This document shows, piece by piece, positions 1 to 9,680 of a stretch of 64,000 nt of DNA (positions are counted from its first letter, which is position 1; each line of letters starts with the position of its first letter). The notes beneath the pieces were generated by a model. It did no database searches and was not told the origin of the DNA. It saw nothing but the letters and a program-made list of their open reading frames with translations. The translations under genes and the position numbers were made by a program. The stretch covers positions 1 to 64,000 of IMG/VR virus record IMGVR_UViG_3300032285_001888; one strand, written 5' to 3'. This DNA is from a virus.

Positions 1-1
1 A

Positions 2-118
2 GTAGATAGAGATTTAGAACCGCAAGTTAAAGATTTCCTAACAAGCCACACAAATAAACAAATTGGCGATACTGTATTTTTAGGGTTTGGTAGTGAACAC
101 AGCATCTTCTCTAGGTAA
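2..118 (+). CDS. 3' end of an unidentified ORF (partial, runs in from the window edge)
   Basis: Frame 2 is open from position 2 to TAA at 116-118 (VDRDLEPQVKDFLTSHTNKQIGDTVFLGFGSEHSIFSR*). Too short to identify. Confidence 0.35.
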   Translation, partial: VDRDLEPQVKDFLTSHTNKQIGDTVFLGFGSEHSIFSR

Positions 119-176
119 TGCGGCTGACTATCTAGGTCTAGTTGCTATCACTTCAGCTAACGTTAAGTTCAGTTAA
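96..176 (+). other. gp23: C-terminal 26 codons resembling T4-like major capsid protein (gp23), without an in-frame upstream part
   Basis: Translates NTASSLGNAADYLGLVAITSANVKFS*, which I recognise as the capsid C-terminus of large T4-like phages. A strong terminator follows. In-frame stops lie upstream at 81-83 (TAG) and 39-41 (TAA). Confidence 0.65.
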
Positions 177-204
177 TTTGATAACCAAGAGGTTTGTTAT
201 ATAG

Positions 205-233
205 AAAAGGCTACTTCGGTAGCCTTTTTCTTT
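205..233 (+). terminator. Rho-independent terminator with UUCG tetraloop
   Basis: AAAAGGCTAC-TTCG-GTAGCCTTTT followed by TCTTT; typical T4-like C(UUCG)G hairpin. Confidence 0.9.
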
Positions 234-236
234 GGG

Positions 237-242
237 TAAATA
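237..242 (+). promoter_or_regulatory. T4-type late promoter (TAAATA)
   Basis: TAAATA 4 nt upstream of ATG 247; the same motif recurs before most transcription units. Confidence 0.7.
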
Positions 243-246
243 CGAT

Positions 247-1107
247 ATGACCACTACCACAGCTTTTTTAAATCCAACAATTTTAACTAATGTTAATATT
301 CCTAATACAGTTACAGGAATCGCCAGTATAGATTGGAATTTTAATCCCAGAGCTCTAGTACCGGGGGTGTATGCATCAAGTGAAAAACCCTTGTATACTA
401 TTAGTGGATTATGGATGGAAAAGTTTCTAAGCAATACTAGCGAATTATATTGTACCGGTTATGCTGATTATTCTCAACTGTTACGCAATATTAGAGATCA
501 AGTTCTGCAAATATCTCTTGGCGATACTAACGGATCTTTATATAGTTTTTTAACAACTATAGATCCCGTAAGCGGTTATGCTTATGGTAATATTAATAAA
601 TCTCCTTCAATGAATAGTAGGTTAGGAATGACTGCTGCCGATGCTAGAGAATGGCTTTTACTTTCGAATGGTGATGTAACTGATACTTTTAGTTTTAATT
701 GGTGGACTAATACTGTTTACCCAGCATATAGAGCATTAAATCCATTAACTAGGAAAGTTACAAGTTTGGATTTAGCTATTGATATACAACGTGCCGGTAG
801 AATACAAGATTTAAAAATTAAATTAGTTTTAAATGGATCAGAAATTCTTGACGGCAATAATCTTGCCAGTACTATAAATCCTGTGCAAAGTGATATGTAT
901 ACTGGAGCTTTGCTAGAGCCATTACATCCAGTTGAAAATTATAATATATACGGTGGTGATTCAACTGTATGGGGAGTACAACTAACTGAAGAATTGGTAT
1001 CAAATCCTACATTTGGTGTTGTGGTCAGTTTTCAAAGCAATGCGATATATCCGCATAGAGATACAGTTTATCTAGACCAAGCGAGCTTAAGAATCACATA
1101 CGCATAA
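247..1107 (+). CDS. Putative virion structural protein
   Basis: The ORF track starts at TTG 232, but ATG 247 directly follows the late promoter. C-terminal YGGDSTVWG...PTFGV motif is seen in phage structural proteins; located in the structural cluster. Confidence 0.6.
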   Translation: MTTTTAFLNPTILTNVNIPNTVTGIASIDWNFNPRALVPGVYASSEKPLYTISGLWMEKFLSNTSELYCTGYADYSQLLRNIRDQVLQISLGDTNGSLYSFLTTIDPVSGYAYGNINKSPSMNSRLGMTAADAREWLLLSNGDVTDTFSFNWWTNTVYPAYRALNPLTRKVTSLDLAIDIQRAGRIQDLKIKLVLNGSEILDGNNLASTINPVQSDMYTGALLEPLHPVENYNIYGGDSTVWGVQLTEELVSNPTFGVVVSFQSNAIYPHRDTVYLDQASLRITYA

Positions 1108-1110
1108 ATA
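1105..1110 (+). promoter_or_regulatory. Late promoter (ATAAATA) overlapping a stop codon
   Basis: gcATAAATAc; precedes a structured leader and gene 1199. Confidence 0.7.
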
Positions 1111-1118
1111 CAATGTAT

Positions 1119-1180
1119 GACTCACATGGGGTGAGTTTTATGCGGAAATCCAACCGCGTACGGCCTAGAACGCCGTTTTT
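1119..1180 (+). ncRNA. Candidate structured 5' leader (three adjacent hairpins)
   Basis: GACTCAC/GTGAGTT, TATGCGG/CCGCGTA and ACGGC/GCCGT stems packed end to end between the late promoter and RBS AAGGAG. Confidence 0.5.
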
Positions 1181-1198
1181 CACTAAGGAGAAAACAAA

Positions 1199-2941
1199 AT
1201 GGGACGTCCTTTAAATAAAAAATATTTTGGTAAGAGAAATACTGGTGCCACAGGAGCATACGGTAATACAAGTTTATTGCCAACAGACTATGACCTAGGT
1301 GGTTTAAAAGCTCTTAACGCTAGCGTCGGTACAGCTGGTTCATATACACAATCACAAGCAGCCGCACTAACAACAACATTTCCAAAACCAGCATTAAGCA
1401 CAGAAGGTGGTGTAACAGCAGTTGGTACTCCAACTTTTAACATTTTAACAGCCACAGTTGGTGGTACACAGACTCAAGCATACTTGGGTGGTGCAGGTAA
1501 CCCGATCAGCGTAGTATACGGTGGTGTAACAAGTACATTTACACCGACACTAACATCAAGCACAACTGGTATTACAGTTACTAGTATTTCAACAGCAGGT
1601 GTTACAGTAGTTGCAAGTGGTACATACGTAAAAGGTCAAGACTTTGTGGTAACTGGTGGTACAGCCGCTGGAACATACTATGTTCAAGTTGGTGGTTCAA
1701 GTGTAACAAGTATCACAATCAACAGTTCATATGCTGCCGCAATAGCTGGAACAACTCCAGTACTAACTGGCGGTACTGGCGGTACAGCAGTATTAGGTGC
1801 CACATACAATACAGTAGCTTCAGTTGGTGCCGCAACTAGCGGTACATATCAACAAGCTGGCGTTACATCTGGTTTAGCATCTGCACAAGCTACAACACAA
1901 GCAACAAGTTCAGGCGCTGGATTAACATTAGCTCCAGCATCTTTTGCAGTTAACGGTGTTTCATATTCTAACGCTGGTAACGGTTACATCAACACAGTTC
2001 CAGTAACTCCTGGTATTAGTGCTACAACAGTAACAACTATTGCTAGTGGTGCTTATGGTACAATCACAGTGGGTGCAGTAACTAACACAATCACATTGGG
2101 TACAGCACAAGCCGCTGGTACATTCTATATTGGCCAAGTAGTTACATTTACTGGTACAGCAAGTACAAACTTTATTGATAGCTCATACTCAACTGGTAAC
2201 AGCTATTTGGTAACAGCCACTAACGGTACAAGCACATTGACATTGGTAACTATTGCAGGTACTGCTCCAACAGGCGGAGCCGCAGGTGCAGTGACTGGGT
2301 TGTCAATTGTTCTTTACAAAGAAACTGTAAGTTCAACAGACCAATTGGTTCCAGGATTGAAAGTGGTTACAACTGGTTCAGGTGGTAGCTTGTCAGCTGG
2401 TACTTATTACATTATTGCAGTCAACGGAGCAACTGAAATTGTTCTAAGTAGCTCAGTAGGCGGCAATGCCGCAGTGGTAACTTCAGCAACAAGTTTGACA
2501 ATTACTACAGTAGTAAGTGGTAACACAGCAATTACATTTGGTTCAGGATCAGCTGCCGCTACTATGACATTCCAAGCACAGGTAACAACTGGTTATACTG
2601 GTAACTATGCCGCAATGCAAGCAGTGGCACTGGCTACAACCGGTGGTGTTGCTCGTCAAGACACTGACATTATCAAACAAGAAAACACACAACGTTTCCG
2701 TGTTGAAAATGCTGATGGTGTATTCTACGCTAAATTAGTTAACACATTCCCAACAGTTGGTGGAACAATGGCTATTAACGCTGTTGACTCTGCTGGCGGA
2801 CAGTACTGGGTAACTAAGATTACTAATCGTCGTTGCCGTGTAACACGTAATGGTGGTACACAGTTTACAGACGGATCAACAGTCAACTGGACATTTGGTT
2901 CACCAGTAGCTAGCGTATCAGTTAAGATCGATAACGTTTAA
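1199..2941 (+). CDS. Virion structural protein (Thr/Gly-rich, decoration or fibre-like)
   Basis: 580 aa, strong RBS, biased codon usage. Conserved-looking N-terminus MGRPLNKKYFG and C-terminal IIKQ...RFRV...YWVTKITNRR domain flank low-complexity beta modules. Confidence 0.7.
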   Translation: MGRPLNKKYFGKRNTGATGAYGNTSLLPTDYDLGGLKALNASVGTAGSYTQSQAAALTTTFPKPALSTEGGVTAVGTPTFNILTATVGGTQTQAYLGGAGNPISVVYGGVTSTFTPTLTSSTTGITVTSISTAGVTVVASGTYVKGQDFVVTGGTAAGTYYVQVGGSSVTSITINSSYAAAIAGTTPVLTGGTGGTAVLGATYNTVASVGAATSGTYQQAGVTSGLASAQATTQATSSGAGLTLAPASFAVNGVSYSNAGNGYINTVPVTPGISATTVTTIASGAYGTITVGAVTNTITLGTAQAAGTFYIGQVVTFTGTASTNFIDSSYSTGNSYLVTATNGTSTLTLVTIAGTAPTGGAAGAVTGLSIVLYKETVSSTDQLVPGLKVVTTGSGGSLSAGTYYIIAVNGATEIVLSSSVGGNAAVVTSATSLTITTVVSGNTAITFGSGSAAATMTFQAQVTTGYTGNYAAMQAVALATTGGVARQDTDIIKQENTQRFRVENADGVFYAKLVNTFPTVGGTMAINAVDSAGGQYWVTKITNRRCRVTRNGGTQFTDGSTVNWTFGSPVASVSVKIDNV

Positions 2942-2950
2942 TAAACTAAT

Positions 2951-2968
2951 AGGGCCCTTCGGGGCCCT
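2951..2968 (+). terminator. UUCG hairpin (weak terminator or mRNA stability element)
   Basis: AGGGCCC-TTCG-GGGCCCT after the stop of gene 1199; U-tract is short. Confidence 0.65.
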
Positions 2969-2982
2969 TACAGGATTCTAGA

Positions 2983-4386
2983 ATGTCAAAAATAGTCAAA
3001 GTAGCTAGTGGTGATTACAGTTTACAAGTGCAAGCTGGTGGAAACATCATCTTTGATACTACAGGAACAGCCATTGGTCGATATACTAGCGGTACTTATG
3101 GTAAGGTAACTATCTGGGGTAACCTAGATGTTAAAGGTACTTCAACGGCTATTGAAACAACGACCAGCGTACTCAATGACAATATACTTGAAATAAACTC
3201 AGGTGGGTCTGGAGCAGTTATTGCCGGTTCTGGAACAGCAGGACTACAGATTGATCGAGGTGATACCTCAGCAGGTCAATTCCTCTTTAATGAAAATGTC
3301 AGTCACTATGACGCAGTATTAAACACAGAAGTTACAGGTACATTTTTACTAGACACAGTAACAGTTAATCCTAGCACTAGAGCAACAACTGGGGCAGTAT
3401 TAAATGGACTACAACTAAGAACACTAGTAGCAGACTCAGCTGGAGATTTAGTGTTTGACCTTCAGGGTGGTGCTAAAGCATTATCTATAGTTAACTCTGG
3501 TGCAACGTACAACGGAACATCAAACACTCTACTGAGCAGTGCAAATAATTATGCTAACCTAGGTCTAAGCGCATGGCATATACCTAACGTTCAATATTTA
3601 AATAATTACGTAGCTAGTAGTTTTAGCGGTTCGGGAGCCGGACAAGCACTAGTAAGCACAATACAATATCCTAGTACACCTACTATCAGTGGTGTAATAA
3701 TTGCAGGAACAGGTGGACAATTTACCTGTAACACTTCTACATTGTTTATAGGAATGCAGGTTACAATCAGCGGAACGCTCAGCGGTACAGGGATTGGAGG
3801 CATTACAGGCTACAGTAATCCAACGGTATATCAAATTTCAGCTACTAATACCTACAATACTTTTACACTAAGAACTTATCCAGGTAATGCGGCTATAGTT
3901 ACAACTGCTGGTGCAACTACCGGACTTACATTTAGCAATTATACCTATGCACAGATAGTAGCTACAGGTACTAGCCAAGCTACCGGATCATTGCAATTTT
4001 TTACAACACCTAACACTAATCCCAATCCTATGGGATATTTTGCCACAGTAACAGGTGTAACTGCTAGCGGAATAACAACTAGCACTAATGGAAGTTTAAC
4101 AGTTGGCAGTGTTCGTATCTACGGTGATACTATTAATGATATTAGCAGTAACAATCTAACACTGACAGCTAACAGTGGTACCGTTGAAGTTAATGCCTAT
4201 ACAAGATTTGATAATCAAACAGCATTAACATACAGCTCGGGCACTATGAATACCAGCACTGCAATGTATTCAAGTAGCACAGTTGGTCCAGGGCGTACAG
4301 GGTTATATATTGTAAACAGTACACAACAAACACCAGATGAATTAATTAGTAGAAAGCGAGCAGTACTGCTAAGTATTTTACTATAA
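2983..4386 (+). CDS. Virion structural protein (baseplate or fibre-associated)
   Basis: 467 aa. N-terminal GNLDVKG...DNILEIN...AGLQIDRG motif is typical of T4-like tail structural proteins. Confidence 0.7.
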   Translation: MSKIVKVASGDYSLQVQAGGNIIFDTTGTAIGRYTSGTYGKVTIWGNLDVKGTSTAIETTTSVLNDNILEINSGGSGAVIAGSGTAGLQIDRGDTSAGQFLFNENVSHYDAVLNTEVTGTFLLDTVTVNPSTRATTGAVLNGLQLRTLVADSAGDLVFDLQGGAKALSIVNSGATYNGTSNTLLSSANNYANLGLSAWHIPNVQYLNNYVASSFSGSGAGQALVSTIQYPSTPTISGVIIAGTGGQFTCNTSTLFIGMQVTISGTLSGTGIGGITGYSNPTVYQISATNTYNTFTLRTYPGNAAIVTTAGATTGLTFSNYTYAQIVATGTSQATGSLQFFTTPNTNPNPMGYFATVTGVTASGITTSTNGSLTVGSVRIYGDTINDISSNNLTLTANSGTVEVNAYTRFDNQTALTYSSGTMNTSTAMYSSSTVGPGRTGLYIVNSTQQTPDELISRKRAVLLSILL

Positions 4387-4395
4387 GGATAGAAC

Positions 4396-4722
4396 ATGGC
4401 ACTTAATGCACAACAAATAACAGCTTCACAAGTAGTGGTAACATTACCGTCAGTAGTATCACCTAGTATTGGTAATGCTATTACTTCAATTATAATTTGC
4501 AACTCTAGTGCTAGCGTATCAGATACAGTAACAGTATGGGCTGTTCCTAGTGGTGGATCACCTTCTAGTTCTAACATGATTATTAATGCATTACCAGTTC
4601 CTGCAACAGAAACTGTAAGTTTAGATCAAGAAAAACTAGTGCTTGGCACAGGTGATGCTATCTGGGTTCAAGCAGGAGCAACAACAAACTTGTCAATAGT
4701 CGTAAGTACAATACCAGTATAA
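4396..4722 (+). CDS. Small beta-sandwich virion protein (same family as 9118 and 32010)
   Basis: ITSIIICN...VP..ET.....KLVL..GD.I pattern shared with 9118..9669 and 32010..32381. Confidence 0.65.
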   Translation: MALNAQQITASQVVVTLPSVVSPSIGNAITSIIICNSSASVSDTVTVWAVPSGGSPSSSNMIINALPVPATETVSLDQEKLVLGTGDAIWVQAGATTNLSIVVSTIPV

Positions 4723-6497
4723 TGAGATATCTAAAACGTCAAAATATTAATCGTAGAGTTGCTAACGATACAACTTTATATTCAGATGTTAGTAATACTA
4801 ACGTCTTTGTAAGCCCTGTTAATTCAGGTAGCCTAGTATTGCCCAACGGCACTACAGGTCAACGAAACGGTACAAATTTAGGTTCTATGCGTTACAATAC
4901 TTCAACTAATCAAGTCGAAGTGTATCAAGGGTCAGTAGGCAATAGTACTGCCAACTGGAGAGCATTGAGTTTTAAAGAAAGCAATATTATTATCCAGCAA
5001 AATTTAGGAGCAGGTGACGGCCTAAATACATTGTTTGGCCCATTAAACAGTGCCTACAACACAAATAAGTTATACTATTCTAGCGATATTCCTTCAGGTG
5101 GCGGTGCTGCCGCAGGTCAATTTGTGGGACAGAATGCACTAGTAGTTGTAGAAAATGTACTACAACTATCAGGAACAAACTACACTGTAGTCGCAAGCCC
5201 ATCAGTTGGTGGAGAAACGTATAACCCTACAGTTAGCCAAGCGGCCACAACTGGTGCAACTACACTATATTTTAGCACTAGCCTAATTGGCACTGGCACA
5301 AGTAGCAGTGGCACTATTTCGTTTACAGGATTTATTTCAAACGGTTCCGCACCATCGGGCACTGCTGGAACTACTCTAACAGTAACAGCTGGTACAGCTC
5401 CAACTACTGGCCAAACACTAAGCAACAACGGCGTAACTGCCGGAACTACTATTGTTGCCGCAAACTCATCAGCGTTCACTGGCTACACTAGTGGTACAAC
5501 ACTAACAGTAACTTCTATCACATCTAGTATTATTACCTTAGGCATGGTCATTACTGGTAGCAATATGACCGCAGGTACTTATATTAGTGCATTAGGCACA
5601 GGTGTTGGCGGCGCAGGCAATTACACACTAAGCACAAGTCAATCGGTAGCAAGTGGATCAAGTGGTAGCCCGGTAAACTTAACAGGTACTAGCTATACAG
5701 TTAGTACAAGCCAGTCTACAGCTAGCGGAAGTATAACAGGTGCAGGCGTAACAGCTACTATAAATTTTGCCACGCAGACAGGAGCACCATTTGCTATCGG
5801 AGATACTATTATAGTATCAGGATTTACACCCATAGCATATAATGGTAAATTTTCAGTTACAGCTAGTTCAACAAGTAGTGTAAGTTATTCTAGTCCAGCA
5901 ACAGGATCAATGATCACTGCTGGAACCGTTGCTAGCAATACAGCAGTATATCCAGCAGTTAATATTCTTGGAGCGGTAGTTAGTGGATCTGCTAGCATAC
6001 CTTCAGCTACAACATTAAGTGGTGTACAGATAGTGGGAACAGCAGGACAATTTCAATGCAATAGTACTACACTAGCTGTTAATCAAGCAATTACAATCAG
6101 CGGAACAGCTGGCCAAACGTATCCAACAGCAGGCAGTATTAGCGGTTACTCAAATCCTACTACTTATTATATTATTGTTACTAATGGAACCACAACATTC
6201 ACTTTAGCCCCATACCCTGGAGCTCCGCTATCTGCAGCCATAACAACAGCAGTTGGAACGCCTACAGGATTAACCTACACTGTACCAACTTGTGTGTTAA
6301 GTTCAGTAACAGACTCTACTACCGATGCCTTGCTTAGTATTACACTTAGCAAAGCTACTATCACTTCAACTATTGCAGTACTGACAGCACTGACAATTAC
6401 GGAACCTACGACAACCTACGCAGGTAATTATTTACAATTTACTAGCCCAGTTCCTTACGGCAAGGTAGTTACAGCACTACTAGGGTTTGACTCTTAA
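4722..6497 (+). CDS. Virion structural protein (baseplate or fibre-associated)
   Basis: 591 aa, TAATG-coupled to the upstream gene. LP.GTT.QR....G.MRYNT....EVY motif; Thr/Ser-rich inserted modules. Confidence 0.7.
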   Translation: MRYLKRQNINRRVANDTTLYSDVSNTNVFVSPVNSGSLVLPNGTTGQRNGTNLGSMRYNTSTNQVEVYQGSVGNSTANWRALSFKESNIIIQQNLGAGDGLNTLFGPLNSAYNTNKLYYSSDIPSGGGAAAGQFVGQNALVVVENVLQLSGTNYTVVASPSVGGETYNPTVSQAATTGATTLYFSTSLIGTGTSSSGTISFTGFISNGSAPSGTAGTTLTVTAGTAPTTGQTLSNNGVTAGTTIVAANSSAFTGYTSGTTLTVTSITSSIITLGMVITGSNMTAGTYISALGTGVGGAGNYTLSTSQSVASGSSGSPVNLTGTSYTVSTSQSTASGSITGAGVTATINFATQTGAPFAIGDTIIVSGFTPIAYNGKFSVTASSTSSVSYSSPATGSMITAGTVASNTAVYPAVNILGAVVSGSASIPSATTLSGVQIVGTAGQFQCNSTTLAVNQAITISGTAGQTYPTAGSISGYSNPTTYYIIVTNGTTTFTLAPYPGAPLSAAITTAVGTPTGLTYTVPTCVLSSVTDSTTDALLSITLSKATITSTIAVLTALTITEPTTTYAGNYLQFTSPVPYGKVVTALLGFDS

Positions 6498-6508
6498 GGG
6501 GGATTGAC

Positions 6509-7909
6509 ATGTCAGTCCAACAAGGCAGAATAGGTGGTCCGCTACTAGCAGATAATCTACTGCGTAACGGTGCAAACCTAGCATTTGAAAACAAGGTTCT
6601 ATATCTTGATGTAGTTAACAAACGTATCGGTTTTAATAATGCGGCGCCAGTTAACGATCTTTATGTTCCTACAGCAATCGATTCAGTTAACCTAATAGTT
6701 GACAATACAACTGATATCGGTAATTGGGTAGTCAGTGGTAGCACTATCCAACATGTGCTTGGAAATCCAATAACAATTAGTCCTAGTCAGAATGTTAATC
6801 CTAGTATCAGTACTCCGGGATTAAGTACTGCAAACTTATATCTGTACGGCAATACTTTTAGTAATACCGTTACTAACAATAGTATTAATTTTACACCAAG
6901 CAGTTCGAATGGTCAGGCCTTGACCGCTGTCTCTGTAACCGATGTTACTCCTATAATTGGTCAGACGCTAGCTCTAGTGCAAACTGGAGGTAGTAATGGT
7001 AGTGTTAGATTTTCGTCCGGAGGTTCGGGAGTAACTGGTACAGTAGTAGTTGGAGGTAGCGGATATTCTAACGGAACAGCTTATCTTATAGATGCATCAA
7101 GTAATGTTTATTCGCTAGTTATAACAACTGGATTCGTGATTGGAAATATTAATCTAGCTAACGATAAAGGTAATGTACAAGTTAATGTTAATGCTAGTCT
7201 ACATGCTACGGGAAATATAACATTTGATGGTAACATTACACTTGGAACTAGTACAAGTAATCGTATAACATTTGCCGCAGAAGTAAACAGTAATATTGTT
7301 CCGGTAGGAGTAGTTAATCAATCAGTACAAAATATAATAAGTCAAAACAGTCCTCTGTTTATAGGAATAGATGACGAATCTCTATTGTTCGTTGGAACAT
7401 CATACGAGTATGATCTAGGTAGTAATAGTCTACAATGGAATAATCTTTATTCAACTACGCTAACCGCAGAAAATACCACAGCAGGCCCTATTAGTGCAAC
7501 AACCTCTAAATTTGGAAACATTAACTTTACAGGTAACAATATATCTGACACAGTTAATGACATTAACTTTTCCACCACAGGAACCGGTCAAGTTAAATTT
7601 AATGGCACTAGCTTTTTTAGCACTGCTAATGCTATCACGTTCCCAAGCTCGGTGGTGACCATAAACAGTACCGGTCAAGGTTACTTTAAGTTTGCAGGTA
7701 CAGGCGGACTAGCAATTCCCGTTGGTACTAATCTTAACAGACCAGCTAGTCCAGTAGAAGGTACTGTTAGATACGACACCGCATTAGCCTATGTAGAAGT
7801 TTATAGTGCTAGTCAAGGATGGATCCCAGCCTACGGTCAAAATGCCAATGCTACTGTACAAAACGTAGAAGACTCTGCGACCTTGTATAGCATCGTCTTT
7901 GGCTACTAA
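6509..7909 (+). CDS. Tail/baseplate structural protein, paralogue of 8050..9114
   Basis: Shared N-terminus GRI.GPLL.DNLLRNG.NLAFE...LYLDVVN.R.G.N and shared C-terminal GL.IP.G....RP...G..R....YVEVY motif. Confidence 0.7.
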   Translation: MSVQQGRIGGPLLADNLLRNGANLAFENKVLYLDVVNKRIGFNNAAPVNDLYVPTAIDSVNLIVDNTTDIGNWVVSGSTIQHVLGNPITISPSQNVNPSISTPGLSTANLYLYGNTFSNTVTNNSINFTPSSSNGQALTAVSVTDVTPIIGQTLALVQTGGSNGSVRFSSGGSGVTGTVVVGGSGYSNGTAYLIDASSNVYSLVITTGFVIGNINLANDKGNVQVNVNASLHATGNITFDGNITLGTSTSNRITFAAEVNSNIVPVGVVNQSVQNIISQNSPLFIGIDDESLLFVGTSYEYDLGSNSLQWNNLYSTTLTAENTTAGPISATTSKFGNINFTGNNISDTVNDINFSTTGTGQVKFNGTSFFSTANAITFPSSVVTINSTGQGYFKFAGTGGLAIPVGTNLNRPASPVEGTVRYDTALAYVEVYSASQGWIPAYGQNANATVQNVEDSATLYSIVFGY

Positions 7910-7922
7910 AATCCAAATCAGC

Positions 7923-7928
7923 TAAATA
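7923..7928 (+). promoter_or_regulatory. Late promoter (TAAATA)
   Basis: gcTAAATAc at the start of the 140-nt intergenic region. Confidence 0.65.
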
Positions 7929-7936
7929 CTAATACT

Positions 7937-8037
7937 GTAGTGCTTGACCAAGCATTACGATATCCGACTGTGGTAAACCCGCAAAGAGCCCTTAAAACAA
8001 GGGATGAAAAGGTGGTTATCCGTGAAACACGGGGGTA
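7937..8037 (+). ncRNA. Candidate structured 5' leader (hairpin plus multibranch domain)
   Basis: Stems GTAGTGCTT/AAGCATTAC, TATCC/GGGTA, AACC/GGTT, CCCTT/AAGGG and CCGTG-AAA-CACGG, ending just before RBS AAGGAGAG. Confidence 0.5.
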
Positions 8038-8049
8038 CAAGGAGAGCAC

Positions 8050-9114
8050 ATGGCTGTCGGTCGAATTTCCGGTCCGCTCTTAAAGGATAATTTGCTCCGT
8101 AATGGGCAAAACTTAGCCTTCGAGACGAACCTTCTCTATTTAGATGTTGTTAATAGCCGTGTAGGTATCAACACAGCTACTCCTACGAACGATTTAAGCG
8201 TCAACGGAACTACCCGAACTACAAATTTATACACTAGTGGATCAGCTACACTAGGACTGCTGACCTTTTCAGGCAGCACAATCAGCAGTAATAATTCAAC
8301 AATTACATTTACACCTAGTGGATCAAATGCTACGATCTATCAAGGTACGGCTCTTGTAGGCAATCTAAGCCTAACTGGAAATACTCTAGCATCTACAAAT
8401 ACCAATGGCGCAATCAATATTGTTGCTAACGGTACCGGTGCAATTAATCTAAATTCAAATGTACTAGTAACTGGTAATTTACACGCTACTGGAACAATTA
8501 CTGCCGACGGAAATATCCAGCTTGGAGATTTGCCAACTGATACTATTACATTTGCTGGCGAAGTTAACAGTAATATTTTACCAGCAACGACTAACACATA
8601 TACATTAGGATCTAGTCTTTTACAGTGGAAAAATTTATACACACAAAACGTCACTACAACTAACGTTAACACTACCACTGCTAATGTAACTAGTTTTGCA
8701 ACTACAGGAACTCCTAGTTTAACAATTAGTGGAAATACGGTTAGTGCTAATTCTAGTAATGTAGATATTAATTTCAATACAACAGGTACTAGCGGTGTAG
8801 TACTAGGCAATTTAAAATTTACTTCAAACACCTTAACTAATACTAGCAACAACGCAGTAACGCAGATGGTTAGTACAGGTGGGGGATATTTTCAGTTTGG
8901 CGGAACCTATGGACTAGTAATACCATCGGGTGTTACTGCACAACGCCCTGCATTTATTAATACCACAACAGGTATGATGCGTTTTAGTACAGAAAATCAA
9001 TACGTTGAAGTTTATAACGGCACAGGTTGGACTAGTGTTGCAGGTCTTAGCAGTGGTGTTACAGCTAGCCAAGCTAGCGACATAGCGTTAGGTGTTGTAA
9101 TAAGTTTAGGATAA
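8050..9114 (+). CDS. Tail/baseplate structural protein, paralogue of 6509..7909
   Basis: 354 aa. MAVGRISGPLLKDNLLRNG start; repeated I.GNT..S.N.N..I...G.G fibre-like motifs. Confidence 0.7.
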   Translation: MAVGRISGPLLKDNLLRNGQNLAFETNLLYLDVVNSRVGINTATPTNDLSVNGTTRTTNLYTSGSATLGLLTFSGSTISSNNSTITFTPSGSNATIYQGTALVGNLSLTGNTLASTNTNGAINIVANGTGAINLNSNVLVTGNLHATGTITADGNIQLGDLPTDTITFAGEVNSNILPATTNTYTLGSSLLQWKNLYTQNVTTTNVNTTTANVTSFATTGTPSLTISGNTVSANSSNVDINFNTTGTSGVVLGNLKFTSNTLTNTSNNAVTQMVSTGGGYFQFGGTYGLVIPSGVTAQRPAFINTTTGMMRFSTENQYVEVYNGTGWTSVAGLSSGVTASQASDIALGVVISLG

Positions 9115-9117
9115 ACA

Positions 9118-9669
9118 ATGACCACAGTATTTAAAAATTCAATTCAAAATAATATAAGTCCCCCACTATCTGTAACCACAGTAACAGCTAGTAGCCCCAG
9201 TGCAAACTATGTTACTTTAGGATTTGCCGCCCAAGCAATTACACCATTTCCAATAGGATCATATATCTATGTTTCCGGTATAAGTGTGTCTGGGTACAAC
9301 GGTTATCAAACCGTAACAGGAGCAACTCTTAGTTCGGTAACTTATGCAAATACGACCACTGGTGCGGCAACAGGTGGTACTATCACTACAGTGTTATGGC
9401 AATCAAATGCCGGTGCTAAAACCACAGTTATCGGGATAAGTCTTACAAATACCACTGCAAATATTATTACAGGGTCAGTTCAACTTCAAGACACAGTGGC
9501 ATCGACTACAGCCTACTATGCAAATAACATAGTTATACCTGGTTATCAAAGTTTAAGACTAGTATCTCAAGGAGAAAAACTTATCCTTGGGCCCAGTACA
9601 AATATGTTGATTACAACAAATACAGCCGGCAGTCTTGATGCTATAGCAAGTTACGTTGAAATTAGTTAA
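9118..9669 (+). CDS. Small beta-sandwich virion protein with an inserted module
   Basis: TTVIGISLTN...IVIP..SL......KLIL matches the 4396 family; about 70 aa inserted near the N-terminus. Confidence 0.65.
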   Translation: MTTVFKNSIQNNISPPLSVTTVTASSPSANYVTLGFAAQAITPFPIGSYIYVSGISVSGYNGYQTVTGATLSSVTYANTTTGAATGGTITTVLWQSNAGAKTTVIGISLTNTTANIITGSVQLQDTVASTTAYYANNIVIPGYQSLRLVSQGEKLILGPSTNMLITTNTAGSLDAIASYVEIS

Positions 9670-9680
9670 AGGATAAAAGT

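Noticed and set aside
1-95. Definite group I or group II intron 3' end
   Set aside because: Only the terminal G fits; I see no P7/P9 or domain V/VI signature in the 95 nt available, so it is not annotated as an intron.
1-176. TAG-to-Gln recoding as the explanation for the broken capsid frame
   Set aside because: Reading through TAG 81 gives non-capsid sequence and meets TAA at 39; other genes are intact under the standard code and some end in TAG (e.g. 62360).
232-246. TTG start at 232 from the ORF track
   Set aside because: It lies in the terminator tail upstream of the late promoter; ATG 247 is more plausible.
7965-8035. c-di-GMP-I riboswitch call
   Set aside because: Only short words match; the GNRA/receptor P2-P3 arrangement is not reproduced, so it is kept as an unnamed structured leader.
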